A DNA stretch of 42,757 nt from Candidatus Methanophagales archaeon (GCA_014859735.1 JACUTR010000003.1:1-42757); one strand, 5' to 3'. Numbered from the stretch's first letter, positions 1 to 9,260 are shown. Made by a program: numbers and translations. Notes: a model not told the origin generated them from the sequence alone.

Positions 1-2303
1 TCACCGCTTCCTGAATAAGAGTGTACCATGAAGTAGAGTGTTCCGGAACCTGATGCAGGACCTGCTATCTCCTGCGCCCAACTGGAGTATCCGCGTGCAT
101 CGTAACTGCTTGTTGTAGGTGGTGAATTCCATTTAGTGTATAGGTCAAAGTCGCTTCCGTCTGGACCTGAGTTGAATGCATATCCTTTACCAGAGCCGCT
201 AAGAGAATAGGTTGCGGTAGCACCTGTTCCGGAAAGAGTTCCGCTTTTTCTTCCACTGTTAGCACCTGGACTACCTGAAAGTGCCCAGCATTTCCAGTTA
301 CCGCTACCACTATATGAATGGACCATTATATAGAGCGTTCCAGAGCCGCTTGTTGTAAAGTACTCTAATGAAGTGCCTGAATATCCAATTGCATCGTAGC
401 TGCTCGTTGTAGGTGGAGAACCCCATTTCGCATACAAATCGAAGTCTGCATTTTCATTACCTGCCATCACCACTGTGACGGTAGAGTAGCCCGATACTGA
501 GAAGGTATAAGAGTCCCCAGTGCCTGAAAGTGTTCCGCTCTTGCTTGTTATTAAGTCTCCTCCTCCACCGCCTGATGTGAACTCCACTTTGTCCACCCAT
601 CCGCAGTCTGAGCCACTATGAACACTGCCGTCTTTCATATATCTCCACTTTACCGCGTGCGAGCCAGAACTTATGCTATAGCTCTTCTGCTGCCAGTCAA
701 CAGTTCCACTTATCTTATCCATCCTTGTATTATCAATCCAGAACTCCAGGAAGTCAAAGCTTCCTTCTGATGAGGCTTTCCAATAGAATTTCAAGGTTCC
801 GGGACCTTGAACTCCTATTTGCATCCATGACTCCTCATTGTGTGATATTGTACCACTCTGAGCAGCGTCACTGCCATAGTAATAGGTCGAAGTCTGCCCA
901 AACCAATTTACTTTCCCTCCGGTGTTCCAATAGAAGTCAGTGTTATCCACGGCTTCTCCTAAACTCGGTATTATATAGTATGTTTGTGTGCACCATCCAT
1001 TATTATATGCACCGTTGGGTTTTGAATACTCATTGCCTAAATTGTAGTTATCATCATAAACTTTCCATTCTAGAAAGTCGTTATCCTCAATTTGTTGGAA
1101 GAATCCTGCAACTAATTCTTCTGCCGGCTCGAATTCATCAGCTTCATGCGGAGGCCACGTGTCATGGTGAGCTTGTCCAACGACATCACCAGTAGACAGA
1201 CTCCATAATCTCATATGGTATCCACCATATAGCCGAGTCGGACAGTCAGCTACACCATCGCCTACTATCCAACCATATACTGGATCATAGACATAGCGCT
1301 CATACTCAGCTATGTTATCGAACCATCCGTTGTTAAGTATCTCTGACTTCACTGTATATATATTCGTATTTTCCCATATTATATTTATTGGATCCTCTTG
1401 CATATATGTGTCACCATCCTTTTTATATTGCCACTGAGGGTAATGATACCCGCTCCAGTAAGATGCTGATGAGTAGTAAACTGGCGGGTCGTTTTCGGTT
1501 GTAAACACGTGTTCTTCTTCGGTTATAGAAATTGTTATCTCTTCGCCTTCCCTCAGTTCTCTTATTCCATAACTCTCCGCGATCTTTCTGGCATCATCAG
1601 CACTAGCCGGAATTCTAAGCTCTTCTGTAAAATTATCTCTTCCAAATCTCTTTTTGAACTCTTCGCTCGTGTATATCTCTTTTGAGATCAGATATCCCTG
1701 CTCATACTTTAAAGTCCTGATAACATTGACCTTCACAGTATGCTCTTTCTCCCATTGCTCCATGGATTTCTCTGGAACAATTTTCTTTGTTTCCCCCGGG
1801 GTTATACTTTCTTTTGATTTCTCAGGAGTTATGCCTTCCGCAGATTTCTCTGTCGTTACGTTTTCTTCTGATTTCTGATACGGCTCCGGGCATGAGGATA
1901 TTATAGTATAGTTACCGCTGAGGAAGCCACGCACGATATCTAAAGGAAGCTCAAGCGTTTCTGCAATCTCTTCCTCGCTCAAACCTTCACCATACAAATC
2001 CTTAATTTTACTGTACGTAGGGCAATCAGACGGGGATATGCTCTGGTTTGACTCTGGACATGGTGGCGGAGTATAATTACCTTTGAGATAGCTGTTCACA
2101 ATGTCTAATGGAAATGCGAGCTCTTCTGCAATCTCCTCCTCGCTCAATCCTTCCTCATGTAACTCCGTAATCTTATTGTATGACTCTTCAGGGCATACAG
2201 GCTGATATTCAGGTATGAATGTGCTCTGCATCGCGGGTACACTGGATGCTAATAGTAACACTGCTAATGCTACGGTTGCTATTATTAGGTATTCTTTTTT
2301 CAT
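1..2303 (-). CDS. Large secreted multidomain protein, 3'-partial (>767 aa): signal peptide, two HTH-like repeats, LssY_C-like central region, jelly-roll-like domain, at least two PPC-like domains
   Basis: Hand translation from ATG at 2303 (preceded by GGAGGTGA RBS) stays open to the window edge; absent from the ORF track. N-terminus MKKEYLIIATVALAVLLLASSVPA. Tandem DFDLYAKWGSPPTTSSYDA / DFDLYTKWNSPPTTSSYDA are typical of pre-peptidase C-terminal domains. Confidence 0.85.
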   Translation of the reverse strand, partial: MKKEYLIIATVALAVLLLASSVPAMQSTFIPEYQPVCPEESYNKITELHEEGLSEEEIAEELAFPLDIVNSYLKGNYTPPPCPESNQSISPSDCPTYSKIKDLYGEGLSEEEIAETLELPLDIVRGFLSGNYTIISSCPEPYQKSEENVTTEKSAEGITPEKSKESITPGETKKIVPEKSMEQWEKEHTVKVNVIRTLKYEQGYLISKEIYTSEEFKKRFGRDNFTEELRIPASADDARKIAESYGIRELREGEEITISITEEEHVFTTENDPPVYYSSASYWSGYHYPQWQYKKDGDTYMQEDPINIIWENTNIYTVKSEILNNGWFDNIAEYERYVYDPVYGWIVGDGVADCPTRLYGGYHMRLWSLSTGDVVGQAHHDTWPPHEADEFEPAEELVAGFFQQIEDNDFLEWKVYDDNYNLGNEYSKPNGAYNNGWCTQTYYIIPSLGEAVDNTDFYWNTGGKVNWFGQTSTYYYGSDAAQSGTISHNEESWMQIGVQGPGTLKFYWKASSEGSFDFLEFWIDNTRMDKISGTVDWQQKSYSISSGSHAVKWRYMKDGSVHSGSDCGWVDKVEFTSGGGGGDLITSKSGTLSGTGDSYTFSVSGYSTVTVVMAGNENADFDLYAKWGSPPTTSSYDAIGYSGTSLEYFTTSGSGTLYIMVHSYSGSGNWKCWALSGSPGANSGRKSGTLSGTGATATYSLSGSGKGYAFNSGPDGSDFDLYTKWNSPPTTSSYDARGYSSWAQEIAGPASGSGTLYFMVHSYSGSG

Positions 2304-2652
2304 TTTTCACCTCCTAACCTTTTAAACCTTCTTCTTTTCCCTTCTTTTTTTCGCACCTTTCGCCTTTATCTTATGTTAAAGGTAATGCTAAAATATTTAT
2401 TAGTGTTATTTATAGTTAATGAATTGCAATAGTGCCAAAAATAAGCAATACTTCTATACACAATAAGTAGACGGCTTAGTCCACCAGATACTTTTCTGGT
2501 CCAACGCGACCGTTAGAGTGATTGAGCCGCCCTTTACGACGGTCATAGTGTGGGATAACGCCCGAATAGCTGAATGATAAGGCGAAAATATATATGGGAA
2601 GGTTGGCATTATTGTAAGAAAGGGTTTTTTCATAGGTGAAGTGAGAGAAGCC

Positions 2653-3513
2653 ATGACCAAAAAGAAAGCGTGCGTTGTGGGTATAGGCGTGATGGGGAAT
2701 GGATTAGCGCAAGTATGTGCTCAGGCGGGCTACGATACCTCTGTGGTCAGCCGGAGTGAAGAATCGTTAGAGCGCGGCATTGCAAAGATAAAAGGCAATC
2801 TGTCGTTCCTCGTGAAGAAAGGGCATATGCAGCAAGAGGAGGCGGATAAAATCGTCGATGCGCTCCGTGCACGGGCGACAACGAGCCTTGAAGAGGGTGC
2901 GAAAGGGGCTGATTTTGTAATAGAAGCGGTATATGAGGATTTAGTCCTGAAAAAGGAGCTATTCAGAGAGTTGGACAGGATTTGTCCCGAGCATACGATT
3001 CTCGCAAGTAACACCTCTACCTTTCCTATCGTTGCTTTAGCTACCGTAACAAAAAGACCGGATAAGGTAATTGGAACCCATTTCATGAACCCCCCACCGT
3101 TCATACAGGGTGTAGAGATAATAAAATCATTATTTACCTCTGAAGACACGGTAAATCGAACGAAGGAGTTCGTAAAGTCGTTGGGCAAGGAGCCGATTAT
3201 GGTCAAGGATTCACCGGGGTTCGTCGTGAGTCGCATGATCTGCCTTGTTATGAACGAAGCGGTGAGGATGCATGAAGAGAGTGTCGCATCGGTTGAGGAC
3301 ATCGATAAGATCGCGCGATTATGTTTTAACTGGCCCATCGGTCCTTTTCAGCTTCTGGACTTGATCGGGATCGACATTGTGGCAGCGGTGCTCAATGCGA
3401 TGTACGATGAGACCGGGTGGGAGCGATTCAAGCCATCGCTTCTTATGGTGCAGATGGTACGAGCGGGCTGGACCGGCCGAAAAGCAGGGAAAGGGTTCTA
3501 TGACTATCCGTAA
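2653..3513 (+). CDS. hbd: 3-hydroxyacyl-CoA (3-hydroxybutyryl-CoA) dehydrogenase
   Basis: GIGVMG Rossmann motif, VIEAVYE, ILASNTS, GTHFMNP, GRKAGKGFYDY. ATG 2653 preferred over GTG 2641. Confidence 0.93.
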   Translation: MTKKKACVVGIGVMGNGLAQVCAQAGYDTSVVSRSEESLERGIAKIKGNLSFLVKKGHMQQEEADKIVDALRARATTSLEEGAKGADFVIEAVYEDLVLKKELFRELDRICPEHTILASNTSTFPIVALATVTKRPDKVIGTHFMNPPPFIQGVEIIKSLFTSEDTVNRTKEFVKSLGKEPIMVKDSPGFVVSRMICLVMNEAVRMHEESVASVEDIDKIARLCFNWPIGPFQLLDLIGIDIVAAVLNAMYDETGWERFKPSLLMVQMVRAGWTGRKAGKGFYDYP

Positions 3514-3561
3514 GCAAGACGTGCGTGTTGAGCTTTTAGCTGGTGCTCAAGCTAACAATCA

Positions 3562-4344
3562 ATGACCGAAGAAAAGGAATATATATCGTATAAGAAGCAG
3601 GAACGTGTAGCAACGATAACGCTTAACAGGCCGAAATCGTTGAATGCGTTGAACACCGCTTTGTTGACTGAGTTAAAAGATACATTAGAGGATGCAGAAG
3701 CAGATGCTGAAGTGCGTGTAATTGTCATAACCGGCGCGGGAGAGAAAGCGTTCTGCGCCGGTGCTGATGTAGCAGAGATACGTGATAAGAATCCTGAAGA
3801 AGCGCGTGCGTGGTCACAGTGGGTTCAGGGGGTACTCACCTTCATCGAACGAATGAAGAAGCCAGTAATAGCAAAGATACACGGGTTCTGTTTAGGTGGT
3901 GGGTTAGAACTTGCATTGGCATGTGATTTCAGGATTGCGTCAGAGAAGGCGATATTCGGCATGCCGGAAGTAAATTTGGCGATTATTCCGGGTGGCGGTG
4001 GTACTCAACGATTACCGAGATTGATCGGGAAGACGAAAGCGCTGGAACTGCTGATGACCAGTGAGCAGATAGATGCTGCAGAAGCGGTTCGGTTAACGCT
4101 TGTGAATACTGTTGTTCCTGCGGCTGAACTTGACAATGAGATTGATGAGCGTATCAAAAAGCTGCTCTCAAAAAGTCCTGTTACGCTTGCTATACTCAAG
4201 GATGCAGTGAATAAAGGTATTGAAATGGACCTGGAGCGTGCCTTACAATATGAAGCGGAATGCTTCGAATCCGTGCTGAAGACTGAGGATGCACGAGAAG
4301 GGCTTAAAGCGTTTCTGGAGAAACGGAAGCCGGATTTTATTTAG
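3562..4344 (+). CDS. Enoyl-CoA hydratase (crotonase family)
   Basis: LNRPKSLNALN, FCAGAD, GGGLELALACD, GMPEVNL, GGGGTQRLPRLIG; both catalytic Glu present. Confidence 0.93.
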   Translation: MTEEKEYISYKKQERVATITLNRPKSLNALNTALLTELKDTLEDAEADAEVRVIVITGAGEKAFCAGADVAEIRDKNPEEARAWSQWVQGVLTFIERMKKPVIAKIHGFCLGGGLELALACDFRIASEKAIFGMPEVNLAIIPGGGGTQRLPRLIGKTKALELLMTSEQIDAAEAVRLTLVNTVVPAAELDNEIDERIKKLLSKSPVTLAILKDAVNKGIEMDLERALQYEAECFESVLKTEDAREGLKAFLEKRKPDFI

Positions 4345-4424
4345 AGGGAAGTGAGACACTAAAGTGGGTTTTTAAAAAGGCGTTCATTCAGGAACTGATT
4401 GCGTATGTATATCTATTCCCATGT

Positions 4425-5132
4425 TTACCACAGCCCGGGTACAAGCCGATACCGTACTTTTTGAGTGTAGTCAGCATAGCCCGGTAATTCTTTCTGTAAG
4501 GTGGTATCTTCCAAATAGGTGCGGATGATGAGCAGCATGACGACACTGCCCGCAGGTATCAGCCCCCATAAGGAACCAAGAACTAACGAGGTGCTTACTG
4601 CCATTAGAATACCGCCTACATAGCCCGGATGCCGGACAAGCCGGTACGGGCCATCCTGCACCACCTGCTGGTCTCGATCCGTCTGAATGCGGACAGTGCT
4701 CGAAAACCACCGGTTCACCCACATCGCCCAGGAATACAGATAAATCGAGCAGATGAAGGCTACGTAACTTATTACGTATACGAGCAAGGGCAATCGGGGG
4801 GACCAGAGAAACCGCCCGGTATCTAAACACGCAACGATGACGATCGCAAAGAAGAGTGGTGCATACAATGCCCAGAATACTTTGTCCCACCACTTCGTGC
4901 CCGGCCCGGGTTTGAACCGTTCTTTGACAAGGTCGGTTTTATCAGCAAACACGATGAGTTGAATCACAACGAGAAGCACCGTGACGATGCTGAAGACCCA
5001 GCCCTGCCAGTACGTGAGCCGGCCGGCCAAGAGGAAAATGAAGGCGATAATGAGCACGAGGGCGAAAAAGCCCTTAAGCACTATTTTGAGATATTCGAGG
5101 CTTTCTTTATTCGTGCTTTCGTTAGTTGGCAT
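4425..5132 (-). CDS. Isoprenylcysteine carboxyl methyltransferase / PEMT-like membrane protein
   Basis: Several TM segments; GPYRLVRHPGY and C-terminal ED..L..ELPGYADY...VRYRLVPGLW. Confidence 0.85.
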   Translation of the reverse strand: MPTNESTNKESLEYLKIVLKGFFALVLIIAFIFLLAGRLTYWQGWVFSIVTVLLVVIQLIVFADKTDLVKERFKPGPGTKWWDKVFWALYAPLFFAIVIVACLDTGRFLWSPRLPLLVYVISYVAFICSIYLYSWAMWVNRWFSSTVRIQTDRDQQVVQDGPYRLVRHPGYVGGILMAVSTSLVLGSLWGLIPAGSVVMLLIIRTYLEDTTLQKELPGYADYTQKVRYRLVPGLW

Positions 5133-5184
5133 CTTGCCACTTTTACTGATACATACTACTCAACGATTAAATTCACTTAAATTC

Positions 5185-5258
5185 ACCTAACGATTTGCGT
5201 ATTTGCGAAGTGCCGAAGGCATTTGGGTGAGCGAAGCATCGAAAACGCTCTGTTAGGC
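5185..5258 (-). mobile_element. Integron attC-like recombination site
   Basis: Minus strand reads GCCTAAC (RYYYAAC) ... GTTAGGT (GTTRRRY), 74 bp. Inner arms gcgt(a)ttt(g)cga / tcgaaaacgc pair with two unpaired bases. Lies between two co-oriented genes. Confidence 0.65.
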
Positions 5259-5270
5259 GAGGTTTTCATA

Positions 5271-5407
5271 TCATAATAACTCTTTTAACTCTTCTTTTCG
5301 TTTCCGAATGAATGGTAGTAAATGTGATGACTGCCCTTAACCCTATCCAATACGAACCCTTTCCGTTCGAGTCGAGTACCTTGTTTTTTTGTGAAGTAAA
5401 TTAACAT
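5271..5407 (-). pseudogene. hicA: Decayed HicA-family toxin
   Basis: Hand translation gives LERKGFVLDRVKGSHHIYYH (HicA GSH motif), then ETKRRV and KEELKELL* in other frames; the middle of the protein is missing. Confidence 0.75.
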
Positions 5408-5440
5408 GATTGATTGGAACGAAAAAAGAGGAACACGTTT

Positions 5441-5456
5441 GGAGAACCTTTATATA
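5441..5456 (+). promoter_or_regulatory. Putative BRE/TATA box for corA
   Basis: Purine-rich GGAGAA followed by TTTATATA (5449-5456), about 50 bp upstream of the ATG. Confidence 0.5.
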
Positions 5457-5505
5457 TTTATTTGACGCTACTTGCTATATAGCGTGGCATGATAGGTGAT
5501 TTTTA

Positions 5506-6570
5506 ATGCCTTTGCTCATTAAAAGAAGATCGAAAAAGAGTGGTCTTCCTCCAGGGACACTCATCCATATAGGAGAGAAGAAGGCTGAAAAGGTACGGAT
5601 TAGCATCATTGACTATGATGAAACGCACTTTCAAGAGAAGGAGGCAAAAACAGTTGAAGAATGTTTTCCTTTTAAGGACAAACCCACGGTCACATGGATA
5701 AACATCGATGGGCTTCATGATGTCGAAATCATAGAGAAAATCGGGAAACATTTTGGCCTGCACCCGCTGCTCTTGGAAGATATTCTGAATACCGAACAGC
5801 GTCCAAAGATGGAAGATTTCGAAAGCTACATCTTCATCGTCTTAAAAATGCTTTATTATGAGGAAGAAGCGCATGAAATAGAAGCAGAACAGGTCAGTTT
5901 AATTCTCGGCTCAAATTTCGTTCTCTCCTTTCAGGAGCGGGAAGGAGATGTCTTTAAATTTATACGAGAACGAATCAGAAATGGAAAAGGGCGGATACGA
6001 AAGGCGGGGGCTGATTATCTCGCGTATGCGTTAGTAGATGCAATCGTTGATCATTATTTTATAATCCTCGAGAAACTTGGCGAGAAGATAGAAAGTATAG
6101 AAGAGGAATTGGTCACCAATCCACTGCCCGAGACGTTACAAACCATTCACCACTTAAAAAAGGAGCTGATATTCCTAAGAAAGTCAGTGTGGCCAGTGCG
6201 AGAAGTTATAAATGTTCTGGAACGGGGCGGATCGGCACTTATTCACGAATCTACCGGCATATATCTCAGAGATGTGTATGACCACACCATTCAGGTCATT
6301 GACTCAATCGAGACATTCCGGGATATGGTTGCGGGGATGCTCGATATCTATCTCTCGAGTGTCAGCAACAAGATGAATGAGGTGATGAAGGTATTAACCA
6401 TAATCGCCACGATATTCATCCCCTTAACGTTTATCGCCGGTATCTACGGCATGAATTTCGAATATATGCCGGAACTTGGATGGCGGTGGGGGTACCCGGT
6501 CGTCTGGCTTTTTATAGGTGCTGTAGTTATCACAATGGTCTTTTACTTCAGGAGGAAGAAGTGGATATGA
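5506..6570 (+). CDS. corA: Magnesium/cobalt transporter CorA
   Basis: GLPPGTL N-terminus, WINIDGLHD, YGMNF signature, MPEL, two C-terminal TM helices. Confidence 0.96.
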   Translation: MPLLIKRRSKKSGLPPGTLIHIGEKKAEKVRISIIDYDETHFQEKEAKTVEECFPFKDKPTVTWINIDGLHDVEIIEKIGKHFGLHPLLLEDILNTEQRPKMEDFESYIFIVLKMLYYEEEAHEIEAEQVSLILGSNFVLSFQEREGDVFKFIRERIRNGKGRIRKAGADYLAYALVDAIVDHYFIILEKLGEKIESIEEELVTNPLPETLQTIHHLKKELIFLRKSVWPVREVINVLERGGSALIHESTGIYLRDVYDHTIQVIDSIETFRDMVAGMLDIYLSSVSNKMNEVMKVLTIIATIFIPLTFIAGIYGMNFEYMPELGWRWGYPVVWLFIGAVVITMVFYFRRKKWI

Positions 6571-6646
6571 ATGCGTCGGTTCTAGACTTCTTCGAATCAT
6601 TTCTACTCGTGGCTCTTCATTTTTTTCAGGGTCACCAAAAATCACC

Positions 6647-7831
6647 TCAAAAGATCACTCTCAAAAGACTAAAGAGTATTCGCGGATTCCTCTTTATGAA
6701 CTCTTTTAAAAGCGCGCGTTCACTACACTCCTTCAGTCGTATTTCTCCTGCTAAGGGACGGAAAAACGTTATGAGTTTCTCGTCGCTCAAGCTTAACACG
6801 GTGTTCTTAGCCTTCAAGCCCACTTCTAACACTTTACCAAACTCGTGCTTCCAGCGCTTCTCGTATTCCATCAATCGCCGCTTCGAAACGTTCTTCTCGC
6901 GCACCGCTTTGGCAATAACCTCCCCGGCGATTGCTCCACCCTCCATCGCCTGTAAAATGCCGCCACCCGTGATCGGTTGGACGTGTCGTGCCGCATCACC
7001 TACTAAAACCAGCCCATTTGCTACCGTCTCGTACACAGGACCACTCAATGGTACCGCACCATACATCGCTGCCAGTATCTTTCCATCCGGGAATTTCTCG
7101 TTTACGAACGCACGCAGATAATCGAGTGCACGATGGTTAGCACCAGAAACATCGCCACCTATCCCCAGTCCTACATTTGCGCACTGATCTCCCTTTGGGA
7201 ATACCCATGCATACCCCTTTGGGGCGATATCCCGGCCAAAAAACATTTCGAAAAAGTTTTTGTCCACCTCAAGGTTACTCATAAGGAACTGTGCACATAT
7301 ATCAACGTCAGCTAAGCGCAGTCGGGTGTCAATACCGGCCCATCTGCCAACTCGGGACTCCACACCATCCGCACCAACAACGACATCCGCAGAAATGCGT
7401 ATAGCTTCACCCGCAGCGTTTGCATACACGCCCTTTGCATACCCCCCCTCTTTGAGGAGGTCATACGCCTGCGTTTTAACCCGCACTTCAGCACCTGCGT
7501 GTGCCGCTTGCTGTGCCAGAAACTTATCAAATAGCCTTCGTTCGAGCACATAGCCCACTACTTCCGATCCTTCAACCGATAATGCCACCCGCGTGCCGTC
7601 AGGACCGTTGGTGATAATTCCCTTCGGCTCGGTGCATATCCACCTTGAATCTATATCAACGAACCGCTCTATTTCTTTGCTCACACCCTCACCGCACTTC
7701 ACGGGCAGACCGATCTCAGGATTCCGTTCGATTAAAAGAACCTCTAATCCATCTTCCGCAGCGGTTTTTGCGGTTACACTACCCGCAGGTCCCGCGCCTA
7801 CCACAACAACGTCATATCGCTCATCTTTCAT
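6647..7831 (-). CDS. Digeranylgeranylglycerophospholipid reductase (geranylgeranyl reductase family)
   Basis: DVVVVGAGPAGS, KCGEG, GADGVES, PKGYAWVFP, LVGDAA..V.PITGGGI. Start is ATG 7831 or GTG 7885. Confidence 0.9.
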   Translation of the reverse strand: MKDERYDVVVVGAGPAGSVTAKTAAEDGLEVLLIERNPEIGLPVKCGEGVSKEIERFVDIDSRWICTEPKGIITNGPDGTRVALSVEGSEVVGYVLERRLFDKFLAQQAAHAGAEVRVKTQAYDLLKEGGYAKGVYANAAGEAIRISADVVVGADGVESRVGRWAGIDTRLRLADVDICAQFLMSNLEVDKNFFEMFFGRDIAPKGYAWVFPKGDQCANVGLGIGGDVSGANHRALDYLRAFVNEKFPDGKILAAMYGAVPLSGPVYETVANGLVLVGDAARHVQPITGGGILQAMEGGAIAGEVIAKAVREKNVSKRRLMEYEKRWKHEFGKVLEVGLKAKNTVLSLSDEKLITFFRPLAGEIRLKECSERALLKEFIKRNPRILFSLLRVIF

Positions 7832-8318
7832 CGGGGGCTGGCTACTCCTCTCACTCAAAGCCACAATTTTTGCATTTCTAATCACTTAGCGTTTGATGGA
7901 AAAAATCTTTTTTAATACATTCAAGAGACTGCTATAATTAGTTAGTATAGTATGGATGTGCTTGAACACATTAAGACGAGGAGGAGTATTAAGGAGATAC
8001 AAAAGGAAGATGAGGTGGAGAGCGATTAAACTAAAAGGTGAGATGATTATACTGCCCGCCACTGAACCATGTGCCCTGAGAGCGGTGACGAAATTCAAGA
8101 TGATTTTGACAATGATACGATCGTGGCTTGGCGAGAAGAAGTGAGGTATCAGCCGCGAATCTCGCCTAATAGCTATTTGCAGTCGCTTTGTTCATCTAAT
8201 ACCTTTGATACTCCGCAAAAACTTGGAGAGGAGGTGAAGCCTAACGAAAGAATCAATCGCTATCTTAATAAAATTCTTTTTTAAAAAGAAAAATAGAGGG
8301 TTGCCGCTGACAGTTTTT

Positions 8319-8606
8319 TTACCCGGTAACTTCTAACAACTCGGTCCTTACGAATTTTTCGTATGCTTCTGGAGTCATTCCCTCGCCACACTTAGGGCAC
8401 CAATAGACCTCCGAACTCTCCATATCATACCCACTGCTCTCTACCGTCTTGTACAAAAAACCGAAACTCCTCTTCCCACATTTATCACAAAGCTCTTCCC
8501 TTTTTGTAGCACGCATCTCATATCTACTAATTTTCTTTCGATACTCAATAGTTGTGCCCGCTATTATCTCCCAATCAGACGGGAAACGCCCATATCCTGC
8601 CTTCAT
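8319..8606 (-). CDS. Small putative zinc-ribbon protein
   Basis: CDKCG and CPKCG pairs; GGAGAG RBS before ATG 8606. Confidence 0.7.
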   Translation of the reverse strand: MKAGYGRFPSDWEIIAGTTIEYRKKISRYEMRATKREELCDKCGKRSFGFLYKTVESSGYDMESSEVYWCPKCGEGMTPEAYEKFVRTELLEVTG

Positions 8607-8689
8607 CTCTCCTTTCACCCCAATTAAGTAGTGGTTCAACGATATATAAAAAGATAGAGCAGTTATGTATTAAGAAAGAGGTGAAAAAT

Positions 8690-9232
8690 ATGCCACCACA
8701 TTGCGATACCATGGATGGCCCTGTCGTCATGGCTGCGAAAAGGGCCCTGGAAACAGGGAACGTTAATCTTATACTCCCCGGGATGCCGAAAAAAGCTGAG
8801 GATGAATTGAAGAAAGCTTTTGAAAGAACTCTTCGCGTAAGAGAATCAGGTGCGGAGGCGATGGAACTCGCGGACTATTGGTTCTTTGAAACCGCTGTTC
8901 GGTTACACCGGGAAGGAGAAGGAGCGCCTTATACCGGACTGAAACCTGCGGGACTTGATTGGGGTCCTGTAGTGCCAAGAGCAGAAAAAGCCATCGAACA
9001 GGGGAGCGCCAAAGAGGTAATTGAGTTCTTGCAACATATCGTTGAAGAAGAGCTGCGAGAGAGGTTCAGACATGCAGTGGCTAAGAAGAAGTACGATGTA
9101 AATGATGTGGATGCCGCAAGGGAGTTCGTGCAGGCGATGCTTGGATTTATACTCTATTCGCATCACCTGTATGAATACGTAAAAGGCGGCGGAGAACACG
9201 GCGAGGAAACAATGGGCGGACACGAACAGTAA
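8690..9232 (+). CDS. Conserved protein, DUF6448-like, with His/Cys-containing N-terminus
   Basis: MPPHCDTMDGPVV, FFETAVRLHR.GEGAPYTGLKPAG; GAGGTGA RBS before ATG 8690. Confidence 0.8.
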   Translation: MPPHCDTMDGPVVMAAKRALETGNVNLILPGMPKKAEDELKKAFERTLRVRESGAEAMELADYWFFETAVRLHREGEGAPYTGLKPAGLDWGPVVPRAEKAIEQGSAKEVIEFLQHIVEEELRERFRHAVAKKKYDVNDVDAAREFVQAMLGFILYSHHLYEYVKGGGEHGEETMGGHEQ

Positions 9233-9260
9233 TTTATCGTCAGGCTCTAGGACGGCTTAG

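Noticed and set aside
1-10. tcaccgcttc matching the start of the 29-bp repeat
   Set aside because: A 10-bp match within Gly-Ser-Gly codons; chance.
65-1878. ORF-track calls 65-310, 725-1195 and 1654-1878
   Set aside because: They are shadows of the long minus-strand frame starting at 2303.
7886-8290. Short ORFs, plus GCCTAAT/GCCTAAC motifs near 8164 and 8239 resembling attC cores
   Set aside because: No matching GTTRRRY arm or stem, and no recognisable protein; possibly decayed DNA.
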